From NCBI GenBank assembly GCA_950097015.1, contig CATNEN010000038.1, forward strand, positions 20,584,001-20,648,000: DNA of 64,000 bases, in the 5' to 3' direction. The notes beneath the pieces are model-generated. The model saw only the letters and a list, made by a program, of their open reading frames with translations. It made no database searches and was not told the origin of the DNA. Made by a program: the position numbers and the translations under genes. Of the stretch, positions 35,035-47,904 are shown piece by piece. Numbering within the stretch: position 1 is the first letter of the stretch; each line of letters opens with the position of its first letter. Source of the stretch: Macrostomum hystrix (Eukaryota > Animalia > Platyhelminthes).

Positions 35035-38000
35035 TCACAGGAATTCCACAGCTTCATCTGGACTGCCTGCGTCGCCTGTTGGCCGAAGGCCGCGTCGCTG
35101 CTTAGAAGACGTCCGCCGCGTCTGATTGGCTGTCGCACTGTTAGCGAATAGAATCGGCCTGCGAATTCGTGCGCCGATTAGAAAACTGCTACCAATGGCT
35201 TCGATTCTGGGAGTGGCCGGCGGAGAAGCCTGCGAGATATTCATAGCGGCATCGCCATCCGAATCGAAGGCCGCAGCAGCAGCGGCAGCGGCAGCAGCAG
35301 CTTGCGGACACAGAGGCGGATCGAACTGGGAATTCGAATTTTACAGAATAAATATTTTTAAATCAGTCAATGGACCAAAGGGATTTCAGACGGACAGTCA
35401 GTGGGATTTTAGAAAGACAGTCCCTAGGATTTTAGATGAATAGCCAATGATATTAAAAATAGATAGTTGATTTATAGATCAGATGGATGGTCAATGGGAT
35501 TTCAGATGGATGGTCAATGGGATTTCAGATGGAAGGTCAATGGGATTTCAGATGGATGGTCAATGGGATTTCAGATGGATGGTCAATGGGATTTCAGATG
35601 GAAGGTCAATGGGATTTCAGATGGATGGTCAATGGGATTCTAGATGGATGGTCAATGGGATTTCAGATGGAAGTTCAATGGGATTTCAGATGGATGGTCA
35701 ATGGGATTTCGGATGGATGCTCAATGGGATTTCAGATGGATGGTCAATGGGATTTCAGATGGATGGTCAATGGGATTTTGGACGGATGGTCAATGGGATT
35801 TCAGATGGATGGTCAATGGGATTTCAGATGGATGGTCAATGGGATTTCAGATGGATGGTCAATGGGATTTCAGATGGATGGACAATGGGATTTCATTTGG
35901 ATATTTTAATCACACGGCTTCGGATTAACTAGGCCAGGGTTTAACCAACAATCAGTCAAGGTATGCTTGAAAGCCATTCTCACCTCGGCCAAGCGCAAGT
36001 TCCATCTCGAACAGCAGTATCTCGCACTAGCCGCATATATTATTAGTGTCAAACAAGGTGCAACTGCTAGCAGACAACCGCAGACTATTTGACCGATCTT
36101 AGACAATGAGTAAAACATAACAATGGAAGAAGCGACAGCCACGCCGCTTAGTAGGGCTAGCAGACAAGCTTGAAGGGCCCAGTGTGCCAGACCAGTAGAA
36201 TGTTTTCCTATCCGATTCAACGCTGTCAGCTTTGGCAATCCAATTAGGCTAAGCAGTCGTCCTGGAATTTGATTGGTTCGCAGACGCGCCACAGCCATCA
36301 ACGCTACTAGTCCGTGAAGAGCTGCAATTAGCGCCAGTTGACTACTTGCCACTGATGAAGCTTCCTTGATAGGCGCCACTGCGATAACAATGGAAATCAT
36401 CGCTCCAATCAAAGCTAACAGACTGCCCAATAGAAAGGCCAACGAAGGCTGACGACGACAAGCGGCAGAAGGTGCGCTAGGAGTCAAGAAAGAAGTCACT
36501 GAAGCTACTGATCCAATAGTTAAATCTGCATCGGAGCCAATCAGAGGCCAGCCAAGTAGACCAGCTAGTAACGGCATGGCCACCCCAACTAGGGCGCCAG
36601 CCAGATGCGCTCCGCCAATCCGATCCAGTTTTTCATCGCTGACGCAAACTGACCGATCGATAATAACTAATCTACGAAGCCAACAGGCGGCGCATTCGCC
36701 TAGCAACAGAACGGCGGCACTGGCGCCAATTGCAATGGCAATAGCATGGCTGGTGGCTCCGACATTCGCTATCTCCATGGTAACAAGTTGCCATGGTAAC
36801 AAAACTAATGAACTATTAGATGAGTTGAAATTGGACTGGTTGAATAATTCAGATGCCATAGGTTGATGTATCTCAGGTAAGCCAACAACAATAGCCAAGC
36901 TAGATATTATTACAAAAGCAGTTGGCGAGACAACAATATTGCCAAGGAATCGTTTAACACCGGCATTCAACCTGTCGGATTGGTGACACAGCTGACGCAT
37001 TTGAATGGCCAAGAACAGTACTCCGAGGCAGACAATAGCGGCATAGGAGGAGCTAAGCGATGCCGCTGTCCAGGACAACAGAACAAAACCAGAGAAGCCG
37101 GATAGCAGCTCCTCCACGCCAGCTGTGAGACTGTACATCCAGTGGGACGGAGCTAACAGCAGGCAGCCGCTCGACCACAAGGCGCAATAGAAACAGCAAA
37201 GTGATCGAAAACTAATCCAAGATAGGCCAAGTCCATTAGCAAGCAGACAGATGGTCGCTTCAATGGTCAGAGCAGATGCTGACGGGCCAAGAACAATGGC
37301 CAGATCTTTACTACTGCTGAAAGCTGATAGAAGAAAGGCGGACACTAGCTGAGCAAATCCGGCAGCTAGCAGGGCGACACTAGCTCCGGCTCCGCGATTA
37401 TAACCTGCTTTTGTAGCAAAAAATGTTCCACCAGCTGCAGTCCAAGCAAGCGCGCAAGCAAGCAATAAGCAGATTAACCGAGTCACGCTGACACTGCGTG
37501 ACAGAGCAGGCAAGGAAGACGCTAAAACAGCCGATCCGCACTTGGACCAGCTCGGAACAATCTTCCTGAGTAGACGCACGTCAGCCAATAGACCGACTGG
37601 CTCATTTCTAACGAACAATCGAGCATCCGCCGACACAATGTTTGTGGCCAATAGCGAGGCCTTCTCAACTGTGACTAGCTCTTCAATGGCATCTGGCGAC
37701 CAAGCGGACGGATGAGCCGGTACTAGCACAGCCCTGTCTAAGAAGCTGTGCAGATACTGGACAAGTTCTCGACGTGGCCTACGCCTGGCTGTTAGCGGCA
37801 TGGAATTGGCTATTGGCCAATGATCTAGCTCAGCCAATTGGCGCTGAAATTCAGCATCTCCGCATAGGCAGGCGAATAGACGACCAACCTGACGACAGCC
37901 TGTTAAGAATAGGCAACGAATCGGCTGCTGACTGAGCAGTGGACAATCAATAGTAGAGCGCAGATGGCACAGCAGCAGCAGGGGTGATTGCATCATAGAT

Positions 38001-41000
38001 GACAGAGACTCAGCCACTAGCACAATGGTAGATTCACACGGACCCATTGCTGATTGGATAGAAGAAGGACCAAGTCCGACGCCGTCCAACTGGCCCAACA
38101 GTGTCAGCGCCTCGGTAATAATGTCTAAGCCGTCAGCTAATAGCAGTTCCTGACGACAGACGTCCAGTAAATAAGCAACTAATTGATTGGCATCATTGTC
38201 CATGTCCATCTGGGACAGATTTTCCACACCCAGTCTAAGCGAGCCCAGCTCCAGATGTTGACGAAATCTAACGATAGCGTGAAACGGTATCACGGGCGTC
38301 ATCGGCTGCGACCAATAGCCGACGCGATCTTCTGTCTCTAGCCTGCGACGCTCATTCTGACCGAACCAGCGAGACGTTTCTAGCCAATAATAATCGGAGC
38401 TGATTGGCTGGCCTGCTGCCTGCTGATCTTGACCGGATCGCGGTGCGAACTCGAACACGTGCACTTCAGTCTGTAAATTAGTTTAAGGAGATTGTGAAGC
38501 CTAACGGTTAAAGCTTTATGTGGAAGTTCATCTGCTAGCTGTAAAATTGGGTACCAGCACACACTCACACAGGTGTGTACATCTGCCCTGACTTTCTCAT
38601 CGTCAGGAAGTGTACACTCACTGTGCCTTAACTAAGGGTGTGTTTACTCTTCTGCCACTCACCCCAAGGTTAGATACTTATCTAACATAGGTCAATGACG
38701 AAAAACTGCTTTTTTGCACAAAATCGAGCAAATCGAAACCAACCTCAGGCAACTCAAGTGGCGAACCAGGCGTCGCACTTTCGTCTTCACTTAGCAACAG
38801 TTGCTGCTGCTGCTGTGGTAGGTTGCTAACTTCCAGAGCGTCAACAGTGACTGACGAAGCCGAGGCAGGCGTCAATAGAACTGGCTCCGAGCGGCAGTTA
38901 AGGCCCCCGCAGGCGTCAGCTGATTGGCTGACAGACGCACTGGCCTTTGCAACAGCAGTTGAATAGCATCGCTGAACGGTCGCCGCAGCCAGGGCCGGAT
39001 TGATCTTGTGCCGACGCATCGCTTGTAAATCATCGAATCGATGACTTTTCACATTGTCCTGATCCGATTCGCCTAGCTGAGAAGCCTCCTCGGGGTCTAG
39101 GCGGAATTCTTCCATGAGTATCTCATTGCCTGAGAAGGTTCGCCTGGCCAGGTCTAGCGGAGTGTAGCAGTATTCCCTGTGATGCGTCTGGTGCTGCTGG
39201 GACGACCTGCGCCTCTGCTGCGGCTGCTGAATCCGTGCTGATGAGTTGCAGCCTCTGCCGCTGCCGCTGCTGTTTATGTCTGATAAATTTTAATATTTTG
39301 CTTTTCTAATAGAAGATCAAACGGCCAAGACGCAGTAAGGAGTCCGTTGAAGGACCAAGAGGCAGAAGGGTGTCCGTTGAAGGACAAAGAGGCAGTTAAG
39401 GGAGTCTATTGAAGGACAAAGAGGCAGTACAGGGAGTCTATTGAAGGACCAAGAGTCAGTTCAGGGAGTCCATTAAAGGACAAAGAGGCAGTACAGGGAG
39501 TCTATTGAAGGACCAAGAGTCAGTTCAGGGAGTCCATTAAAGGACAAAGAGGCAGTACAGGGAGTCTATTGAAGGACCAAGAGTCAGTTCAGGGAGTCCA
39601 TTAAAGGACAAAGAGGCAGTACAGGGAGTCCATTAAAGGACAAAGAGGCAGTACAGGGAGTCCTTTGAATGACAAAGAGGCAGTACAGGGAGTCTATTGA
39701 AGGACAAAGAGGCAGTACAGGGAGTCTATTGAAGGACAAAGAGGCAGTACAGGGAGTCTATTGAAGGACAAAGAGGCAGTACAGGGAGTCTATTGAAGGA
39801 CAAAGAGGCAGTACAGGGAGTCTATTGAAGGACAAAGAGGCAGTACAGGGAGTCTATTGAAGGACAAAGAGGCAGTACAGGGAGTCTATTGAAGGACAAA
39901 GAGGCAGTACAGGGAGTCTATTGAAGGACAAAGAGGCAGTTCAGGGAGTCTATTGAAGGACAAAGAGGCAGTTCAGGGAGTCTATTGAAGGACAAAGAGG
40001 CAGTACAGGGAGTCCTTTGAATGACCAAGAGGCAGTACAGGGAGTCCTTTGAATGACCAAGAGGCAGTACAGGGAGTCCTTTGAATGACCAAGAGGCAGT
40101 ACAGGGAGTCCATTAAAGGACAAAGAGGCAGTACAGGGAGTCCATTAAAGGACAAAGAGGCAGTACAGGGAGTCCATTAAAGGACAAAGAGGCAGTTCAG
40201 GGAGTCCTTTGAATGACCAAGAGGCAGTACAGGGAGTCCATTAAAGGACCAAGAGGCAGTACAGGGAGTCCTTCGAATGACCAAGAGGCAGTTCAGGGAG
40301 TCCTTCGAATGACCAAGAGGCAGTCCAGAGTGAATTGAAGAACCAATGAACAGCAAGGATGGTATATTGAAGGACTAATTAATTTTTTAATGAAGTCCAT
40401 CATTTAACTTGGTGTTTTAGAATAGCGAAATTAGTCTATTTATAAAAATTTTTATAAGACTCCAAATACAAACTAATAGACCACAACAGGACAGACCTGA
40501 ACCGGGTAGGTCGCCTCCAACAAAAAATGTGACTACGCAGGGCGTGGGACATTGCTGCTCAGCACTGTCATCTATTTCAATAGAGGCGGCGACTGCAGCT
40601 GATTCGACTGCGGTGGAGTCCAGCTGCAAGATGGCAGTTGAAGACGAATGATTTGTTCTAATAGCAACGCCAAGTTCGCTGGCTGCTGCTGCTGCTGGTG
40701 TCAGATCTTCACTGACTGCCGATTCATTACGTAATGTTGGAGACCTGCGCATAGATTTATAGTACATTTACTTGTTTGATAGATGATTCTCTATTGGCTA
40801 GGAGTGATCCAATCAAACAGATTTGAAGGGTCATTATCCCTCATTTTTTTATTAACATCCCCACTTCAAAACGAAAATATCCCAATCAGTAAATTAACAT
40901 CCCCATTTCCTACCCAAAATATCCCAATCAGTAGATTAACATCCCATTTCCAATTTAAGAGATCCCAATCCGTAGATTAACATCCCGAATCCTCACTACT

Positions 41001-43053
41001 AAAATCTTGTTACCAAGGACGCCAAATTCAACCCAGGCCAGGCTAAACTTACCCGGAAGCGGCGCCCGAATCGCCAGAAGCAATGGACATTGTTCTTTCG
41101 CAATCGTCGGCCTCTTGTTCGTCTGCTTCGCCCGTAGCCTTCGACTTCATCTCGGCATCTTCTGATCCTTTTAAGTTTTGCGACGAAGAACAAGACGAAG
41201 CGCAAGCCTCCTCCAGGTGGCACTCCTTCAGGTTGTCCAGCGTCGGCTGGAAAGGCTCCAGCACTTTCCTACTGGACCCGCCTCCGGAGCTGCCGCCGTC
41301 GCTTCGACTACGGCGACTGCGCCTAGGCCGCCTGGCAACAGCCATTTCAACAACGTCGTCAATGTCAACAGCTCCGGTAGATGAAGGCGACGACTTAGAG
41401 GAGCTGTCCGCAAGCGTAGCCAGGGCAGAATCGTGCGGCCGTAGAAGCAGGCCGCCAATGCCGGTGCCAGCGTGCTTGGCTAAACGGCGCGCTTCATCGG
41501 CGCGCTCAATGCGTCGGCGAATTTTGCGTAGAGCGCGCGGCTCAATCGGACGCAGCGGCTGAGGCGTGTGCGGATACTCTCGCTGACGATGGTCTGATGG
41601 TGACAGGTAAAATTATGCTTTATAACTATTCTTTTGTGATTATGAGCATTTAACAGTAGGACTGCCAAGCCGTTTTGCCGCTCGTTTTTAAACCAAGGGG
41701 GATTTTTTCGGCAGCGCTCGAATGCTAAGAGCGATGGGTGGTGACTGATTAGATGACAGACTAAGCGATGGTGTCCTGTGGTTGAGCTGCGCCTAATATT
41801 TAGGCTTGATCAGTGAAATTGTAGAAATTCGCGTCATGGTAGCTTGTCAGGGTGTCATGGTAGCTTAGTTCCACCTGTTCTAGCCCTTGAAGGTCCAGCA
41901 ATCTGTCTAGATAAAGGTGAGGTGACCAACGAAGACGGAGATGATGCAGGCACATTCGGGTGACATGCTGATAAATTTTGAAGGCCTGGCAAGGCCGCAC
42001 TGAGGCGCAGTGCTAATTCATGTATAGGGGTGTATGAAATCCGACCTTTGGCCAGAACCATTGAATATCTCGACGCTCCGAAGAGCTGGCGACTTGATTC
42101 TTGTTTCAGAAGTTGCGCAACAATAAGTTATTTTAATAACTAGGTAGTTCTATTGTTGGTTACTATTTATTCCCACTGAAAGCATATTGTAGCATATTGT
42201 AATAGAAATAATAATTATTATAACATTATTTTGTGACATTTAGATCCGCAGCCAGCGAGGCGGCAATTCTGCTGACGTCTGAGCATATAGCCTACGAGTA
42301 AATCTACGATAGGTTACATGAGTGTAAGTAAGTGCACACGATGTGTATAGTACATCTGCCCTGACTTACTCATCGTCTGACATTTAAAAATCTGACTGTC
42401 CTTTTGAAGATTCGCCACCAAGAACACTAATTGAACGATAATCCTCCCACAAACAAAATGAATGCGGCCTCGCCGCGGAATCGAGCTCAGGGACCTTGGA
42501 GCGAGTGGCAATCGAATTAGATTGCTCTGCCACTCACCCCCACCACTTAAGCATAGGCCTCTAAATGAATTCTACTGAATATAAACTCACTAGCGAATTC
42601 TTCCTCATCGAATCTGTGCCCAGCCCGCCAACTGGGCGGCATTGCGCTGCTGTCACTGCCACCGCTGCAGTCATCGGCACTGTTGCCAGCTGGCAAGTCG
42701 GAGCACGGTCGGAATAGACTCCGGAATGACTCGTCCGATTGCATCAGCACCAGCTGGTCTATGCCGGGCGCCGCGGCAGAAGTAGAACTAGAAGAAGATG
42801 CAGCGGCGGCGGCGGCGGCACTCAGTGAAGGTCCAGAGGGTGTGCGGGTCAGGTCAGCATTTGATGGCAAGTTGACATGGGCCGTTGCTGGCGCAAAGCT
42901 GGTCCGATGCTGCCAGGCGTCCGGTCGAGATGGAATCGGCACCGAGGCGTCGGGGGTTGGTCTAACAATTGGAGACAGAGCAACAGTGCCGCCACCCTCC
43001 TGCACCAAATCCATTTGGCCTCTTACAGACTCATGCCCATCCCAGGCAGCCAT
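35035..43053 (-). CDS. Divergent SLC4 (band 3/AE2-AE3-like) anion exchanger family protein, about 1521 aa, 6 exons
   Basis: Phase-consistent exons 42591-43053, 41053-41593, 40497-40744, 38744-39279, 35984-38470, 35035-35325. AE-like motifs HRFDEEEF, KSHRFDDLQAMRRHK, WLETSRW..YWSQP..PFH, followed by a multi-TM domain. Confidence 0.8.
35478..35895. repeat. 23-bp minisatellite in the last SLC4 intron
   Basis: Unit gatggatggtcaatgggatttca. Confidence 0.95.
39320..40345. repeat. 32-bp minisatellite filling SLC4 intron 3
   Basis: Unit gaaggacaaagaggcagtacagggagtctatt. Confidence 0.95.
41720..42125 (-). mobile_element. Unclassified dispersed repeat (copy of 18975-19375)
   Basis: Reverse-complement similarity over about 400 bp. 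Confidence 0.8.
42200..42545 (-). mobile_element. SINE family A copy (a further fragment at 38560-38665)
   Basis: Head ctctgccactcacccc and ggaatcgagctcaggg; tail catctgccctgactt.ctcatcgtc and ccgcagccagcgagg.ggcaattctg. Confidence 0.8.
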
Positions 43054-43954
43054 AATGCCAGCGAGTCAGCAATTATATCAGTAGGAAACACAACTGGATT
43101 TAATCTTACTGACTTACTATTTTTAATACATTATTTTTGTTGCTCTTTATTTAAAAGCATGCAGCTAAGAGCATCTGTCAAGCAAGGTATTCTGAAAAAA
43201 GTTTAAATAAAGAGCTTGTTTATTAAGCATGGAATATAAGAATAAATATTTCTAAGTGTCTCCTATATTAAATGTTGATAATTTTTCTTGCTCTTTTGTA
43301 CTGTTCTCTTAGCTAATTTAGTTAGCAAACTACAACAAAAAGAAAGTCCTACAAAGCAGTAATATTCTGTTAGGCTAAATAGTTGAATTAATTTTTATAA
43401 ATAAAATACATGCCATTGATGTACTCTATTGAATTTTATATATTAATTATGACTGCAAATAAAAGTTTTGCATTTTTTAAATAAATTTTGTAACTAAATT
43501 CAGTTTTCTTTTAAAAAATAGTTTATTCATTTTATTAGCTATTGAGTAACTAGAAACTAAATTGCTTTTGTAACCACCCATTACCTGTAAGTTAGTGATA
43601 ATTCTAATTTATAGCTGGGCAATGCCCTAGCACACAGATGCTAGGTTACTAAATACTTCAAAAGGATTTGGTTATGTAAGCTCTGCCTATGTCAACCAGT
43701 TCTTGCTAAAGCTTAAACAGAATCAAATTTTCATTGGGCATTATAATGTCCACTAATTGAACACTTTATATACAACAATTGTCCTCCTCCAGTCCTCCAG
43801 TGGTGCTAACATGGCAGAGGATTCACTAACATGGCAGAGGATTCAACTACATAATTCAAGATTGTTTGTTTTGGCAAGGATGTAGGCTGCCAATGCATTA
43901 ATTGATAAGCTTTTGTGCCCATTATAATAATAAAAAGTAGCCAACAATAAAAAA

Positions 43955-44575
43955 TATGCTTTTTTGAATTGTTTTTAAACAGTTTTTTCTGAAAATTTTC
44001 ATTTTGAATTGATGCAAAAACATTGGGAAATCATTTTAAAACAATGGGAATCAATGAGACAATCAGAAAAATGACATGATGAGTGTAAAATTTTTTGTGT
44101 CCAAATTCTGCAAGATTGTGTGTAACAATTCAGCAGGGGTAATATAATAAGGGAGTTTGGATACACAATAAATGACGGTGCTGCCAGGCGGGCTCCTGTT
44201 CTCTATGAGTTGCAATTCTCTATTGGCATGCTGTTAATAGGCCTAGAGACTTAAAGTGTATTAGTTAATGACAGAAAATTAGGCCTAGTAGTGTGTTGGA
44301 AGAATGCAAATAATGTGCTAATACTTCCTTTCCCACTAACCAGCTCATCCATTTTGGCCATAGACACTGCCAAGGATATCAACCATTTTGCTTTTATCTC
44401 CCTCTGCACTGAACATTTGCCACAGAAAAGTTCCACAGAACCCCAGAAGCAGTCCCAGTTTGTTAAGTGCCAAGAAATTCCATTGATGCGATCAAAATTC
44501 CAAGTCATCAAATTAAATTGAAATGAAACTTTTCAGAAAAACTGTTTAACAAATGATTCAAAAATAATGCAAAAA
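43955..44575. mobile_element. Old MITE-like element with about 50-bp imperfect inverted termini
   Basis: tgaattgtttttaaacagttttttctgaaaattttcattt versus aaatgaaacttttcagaaaaactgtttaacaaatgattca. Confidence 0.55.
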
Positions 44576-45970
44576 ATTACAATAGCTAGAGACTAAATAA
44601 AAAAAGAAGTTTCTTCAAAGTTTCTTTTATAAAGCAGCAGCTTAATAGTAAAGCACTAGCTTACTGCCAATATCACAATTGACACTGGGCACAATATTTT
44701 ACCCAGATAATTCTTAGAGAATAATTGTTACATTTACCTAACCTTAACAATATATAGTAACTTTTATTTGGTTATAGTAGCTATCATTGGTAATAGGCCT
44801 ATAGCTATTACTAGGTAGCATGTTGATGACAATAGCTAGAATCCTAGATATACTATACTGTAATTATTAGCAGACTTTATAGGCCTACAAATGAACAAAA
44901 GCAGACAAATAATTACACAAGTGCTAAAACAGAAACAACAATAATAATACCTTACAGGGGCAAAAAGTACATTTGAATTTGAATGAATACTATTGAATTT
45001 CTGGTTTTACACAATCAGTAAAGTGACACATTCCTAATTACAGATTAGATAAAACATTTGCTTGTTGCGGATTTAAGACAAATTTTACTTATAAAGGAAG
45101 TTTTGCCAGCCAATGGGTGATCAGAGCTCAGAAGCATACATTTATATTGTTGCTTACAATTTTGTTGGTTTCTAAGAAGAGGCCTACGCACAGCAGTTAA
45201 AAAGCGATAATACACTATAGTGTTTAAAACAAGTTTACTCCCGCTTAATTATAGGCTTTTATTCGCACATCAGCACTTTTTTAGCAGCTTGCTTTAGTGG
45301 TTTAAAAAGAAGTTTCTTTTTGCCTCAAAAAAATTATCACTCCTTACTAAACTGTACGTGAATTGTGTTGTAATAGTAGATTCAACTATGAATTTTAAAT
45401 TAGGGAGCTAGACAGATTTAGCGTGTTCTGAAATAGGCCTATATAATTCGGTTGTTGTCAATGTGACATGATGTAAAAGTGGTTAAGTAGGGTTGTAACT
45501 GTCTTCATTATCCAATTTTATTGAATAAAATGCCTGCTTTTTATGTGTTTAAAATGTAGATTCATTTCTTTGCCAATTAAAATCTTAGTTAGGCCTATAA
45601 TTATATTGCTTGTGGCCTGACAAATGGCCTAGCCTATCGTAGATCCTCCTCTTAGTATTAGGAATGTTAGGCCTATATTGGGAGTGTTTGTTTCAGACAT
45701 AGCTAATAGTCAAAATCGAATTGATTTAAAAAAATCATTTTTAAATATTTACAACTTGGAATTTGTGTTCCATTTGTGCTATTTTTTGTGTCAATGTCAT
45801 GCCATGCCATGTCACTTTAGAATGCTATATGCATAATTGGCTTTCTGTTATATTTTTGGTATTTTACTTATTCTAACAAATTTTAACATGCTTAATTCCC
45901 CATCTCTGAGACCTTAAAAACCTAACCTAGAAAGTAGAAACAAATACAACTTCAATTAACATGTGCCCTC

Positions 45971-46110
45971 TGCAAGTCCAAATTTCACCCCATATGAAAT
46001 GAGCAACAACTTGTTTGAGGCATAGCTCCAGGAATTCATGTGGCGCCAAGTCTTCCCCAAGCATCAGTTTAGCAACATCCTAAATAGGAGTGCATATTAT
46101 TATCCCCCTT
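45971..46110 (+). pseudogene. Possible Merlin/IS1595-type transposase C-terminal remnant
   Basis: Translates as LFEA*LQEFMWRQVF..FSNIL....YP, resembling the Merlin YL.EF.WR motif. Contains an in-frame stop. Confidence 0.5.
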
Positions 46111-47214
46111 TTGTAAATCTTATTTGACTTAATCACAATTTGTGATGACTTGACTTGCTCCTTTACAGGCTTCAAGGCTGCTAAGTTGTTAGGGTCCCAT
46201 TGACCTTGCCCCCATGCCTAGGTAACTAGTTTTATCTTATCATACTTTAGAAAGTCTTTTTTAGCAAAGCTCTTGTAAGGTAAGCAAAGCACTTGATAGC
46301 CAGCACTTGATAGCTACTTTATTTTGCAATTAAGGCCAAGCTAGCTTTTAGATAAGGCTTAGAATATTCTAACAAGGATAATTTCAAGTTTCCTACAAAA
46401 TCTAGCTTCTAACCCTATTATTAGCTCAAAAAAGTTGTAGACATGCTTAATGAGGTGTCTTTTGTCTTTTCATAAAGCTAAGCCCTAGCCTTATGTTTAG
46501 CTATTTCTTTATTCAGCAAATTACTTGAGATATGAATTCAATATTTTGTAGACTTTAGACCTAGGATGTAGATTTTAGTTTAGCTATTTGAATTATTGAC
46601 CTAAAGACTTGTGTATAGCCTTAAATTTATTGACTCTTTAATCTAGATAATGATCTATAATTTTGTATAGTCAACCCAAATTAATGAAATTTTTATAGAA
46701 ATGAAGCTTTTGACTAAACTAGATATTAAAAAATAAATGTTCTAATTGACAAGTAGTGCATATTTTCTATTTGGAAACTTATTAGCAATGTTGGAACTAT
46801 TAACATATAACTAAAGCTTATGTTTGCCTATGCAAATATAAGAATTATGACCATATTAATAATAAGGTATAATGATTTTTTATTGATCTAATTTTTATCG
46901 TATTAATAAATCCATTCATAAAATTATTAACTCAAATTCAGTTAAAAGTTTGTGTACTAGATTTAGGTCTTCTGGGTTAAAAAACCTAAATAGTTCCATT
47001 GAATTACTTTTGTACCATGGATAAATTCTGTATCTGTTTAGAAAATAGTGATAAAATTTAAAAGTAGCAATAGAGAATTTTTATTTCATAGTTAAATAAA
47101 TGTATATAGAAAAAAACATAAATTTAATAGCTTACTTACTACATTTAATAAATTTGGCTAACTAATTAAATAAATTTCTTTCTAATTTTGTATCTTTAAT
47201 TCTCACATCTATTT

Positions 47215-47820
47215 GTCAGCTCTGTTCTAATTGGACTCTCTAATCCTCAGCTCTGTTCTCAAATGGGACTCTAATCCTCAGCTCAATTCTCATTAGACTC
47301 TTATCCTCAGCTCTGTTCTCATGGGTCTCACTAATCCTCAGCTCTGTTCTCATGGGTCTCTCTAATCCTCAGCTCTGTTCACAAATTGGACTCTAATCCT
47401 CAGCTCTGTTCTCATGGGTCTCTCTAATCCTCAGATCTTTTCAAAAATAGGACTCTAATCCTCAGCTCTGTTCTTATGGGTCTCTCTAATCCTCAGCTCT
47501 GTTCTTATGGGTCTCTCTAATCCTCAGATCTGTTCACAAATAGGACTCTAATCCTCAGCTCTGTTCACAAATAGGACTCTAATCCTCAGCTCAATTCTCA
47601 TTGGTCTCTCTAATCCTCGGCTCTGTTCTCAAATAGGACTCTTATCTTTAGATCTGTTCTCATGGGTCTCTCTAATCCTCAGCTCTGTTCTCATTAGACT
47701 CTCTAATCCTCAGCTTCGTTCTCATGGGTCTCTCTAATCCTCAGCTCTGTTCTCATGTGTCTTTCTACTACTTAGCACTGTTCTCTTGTGTGTCTCTCAT
47801 CTTCAGCTTTGTTCTAATTC
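47215..47820. repeat. About 31-bp minisatellite just upstream of the cullin-3 ATG (probably a 5'UTR intron or outron)
   Basis: Unit ctaatcctcagctctgttctcatgggtctct, followed by acceptor-like AGs at about 47857-47870. Confidence 0.9.
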
Positions 47821-47904
47821 ACATTTCTATTTGTTGATTGATTGTCTTCTCATAAGTAATATAACACCAGTCGTCAAGAACTACCCGCACTACTCCCCAG
47901 CTGC

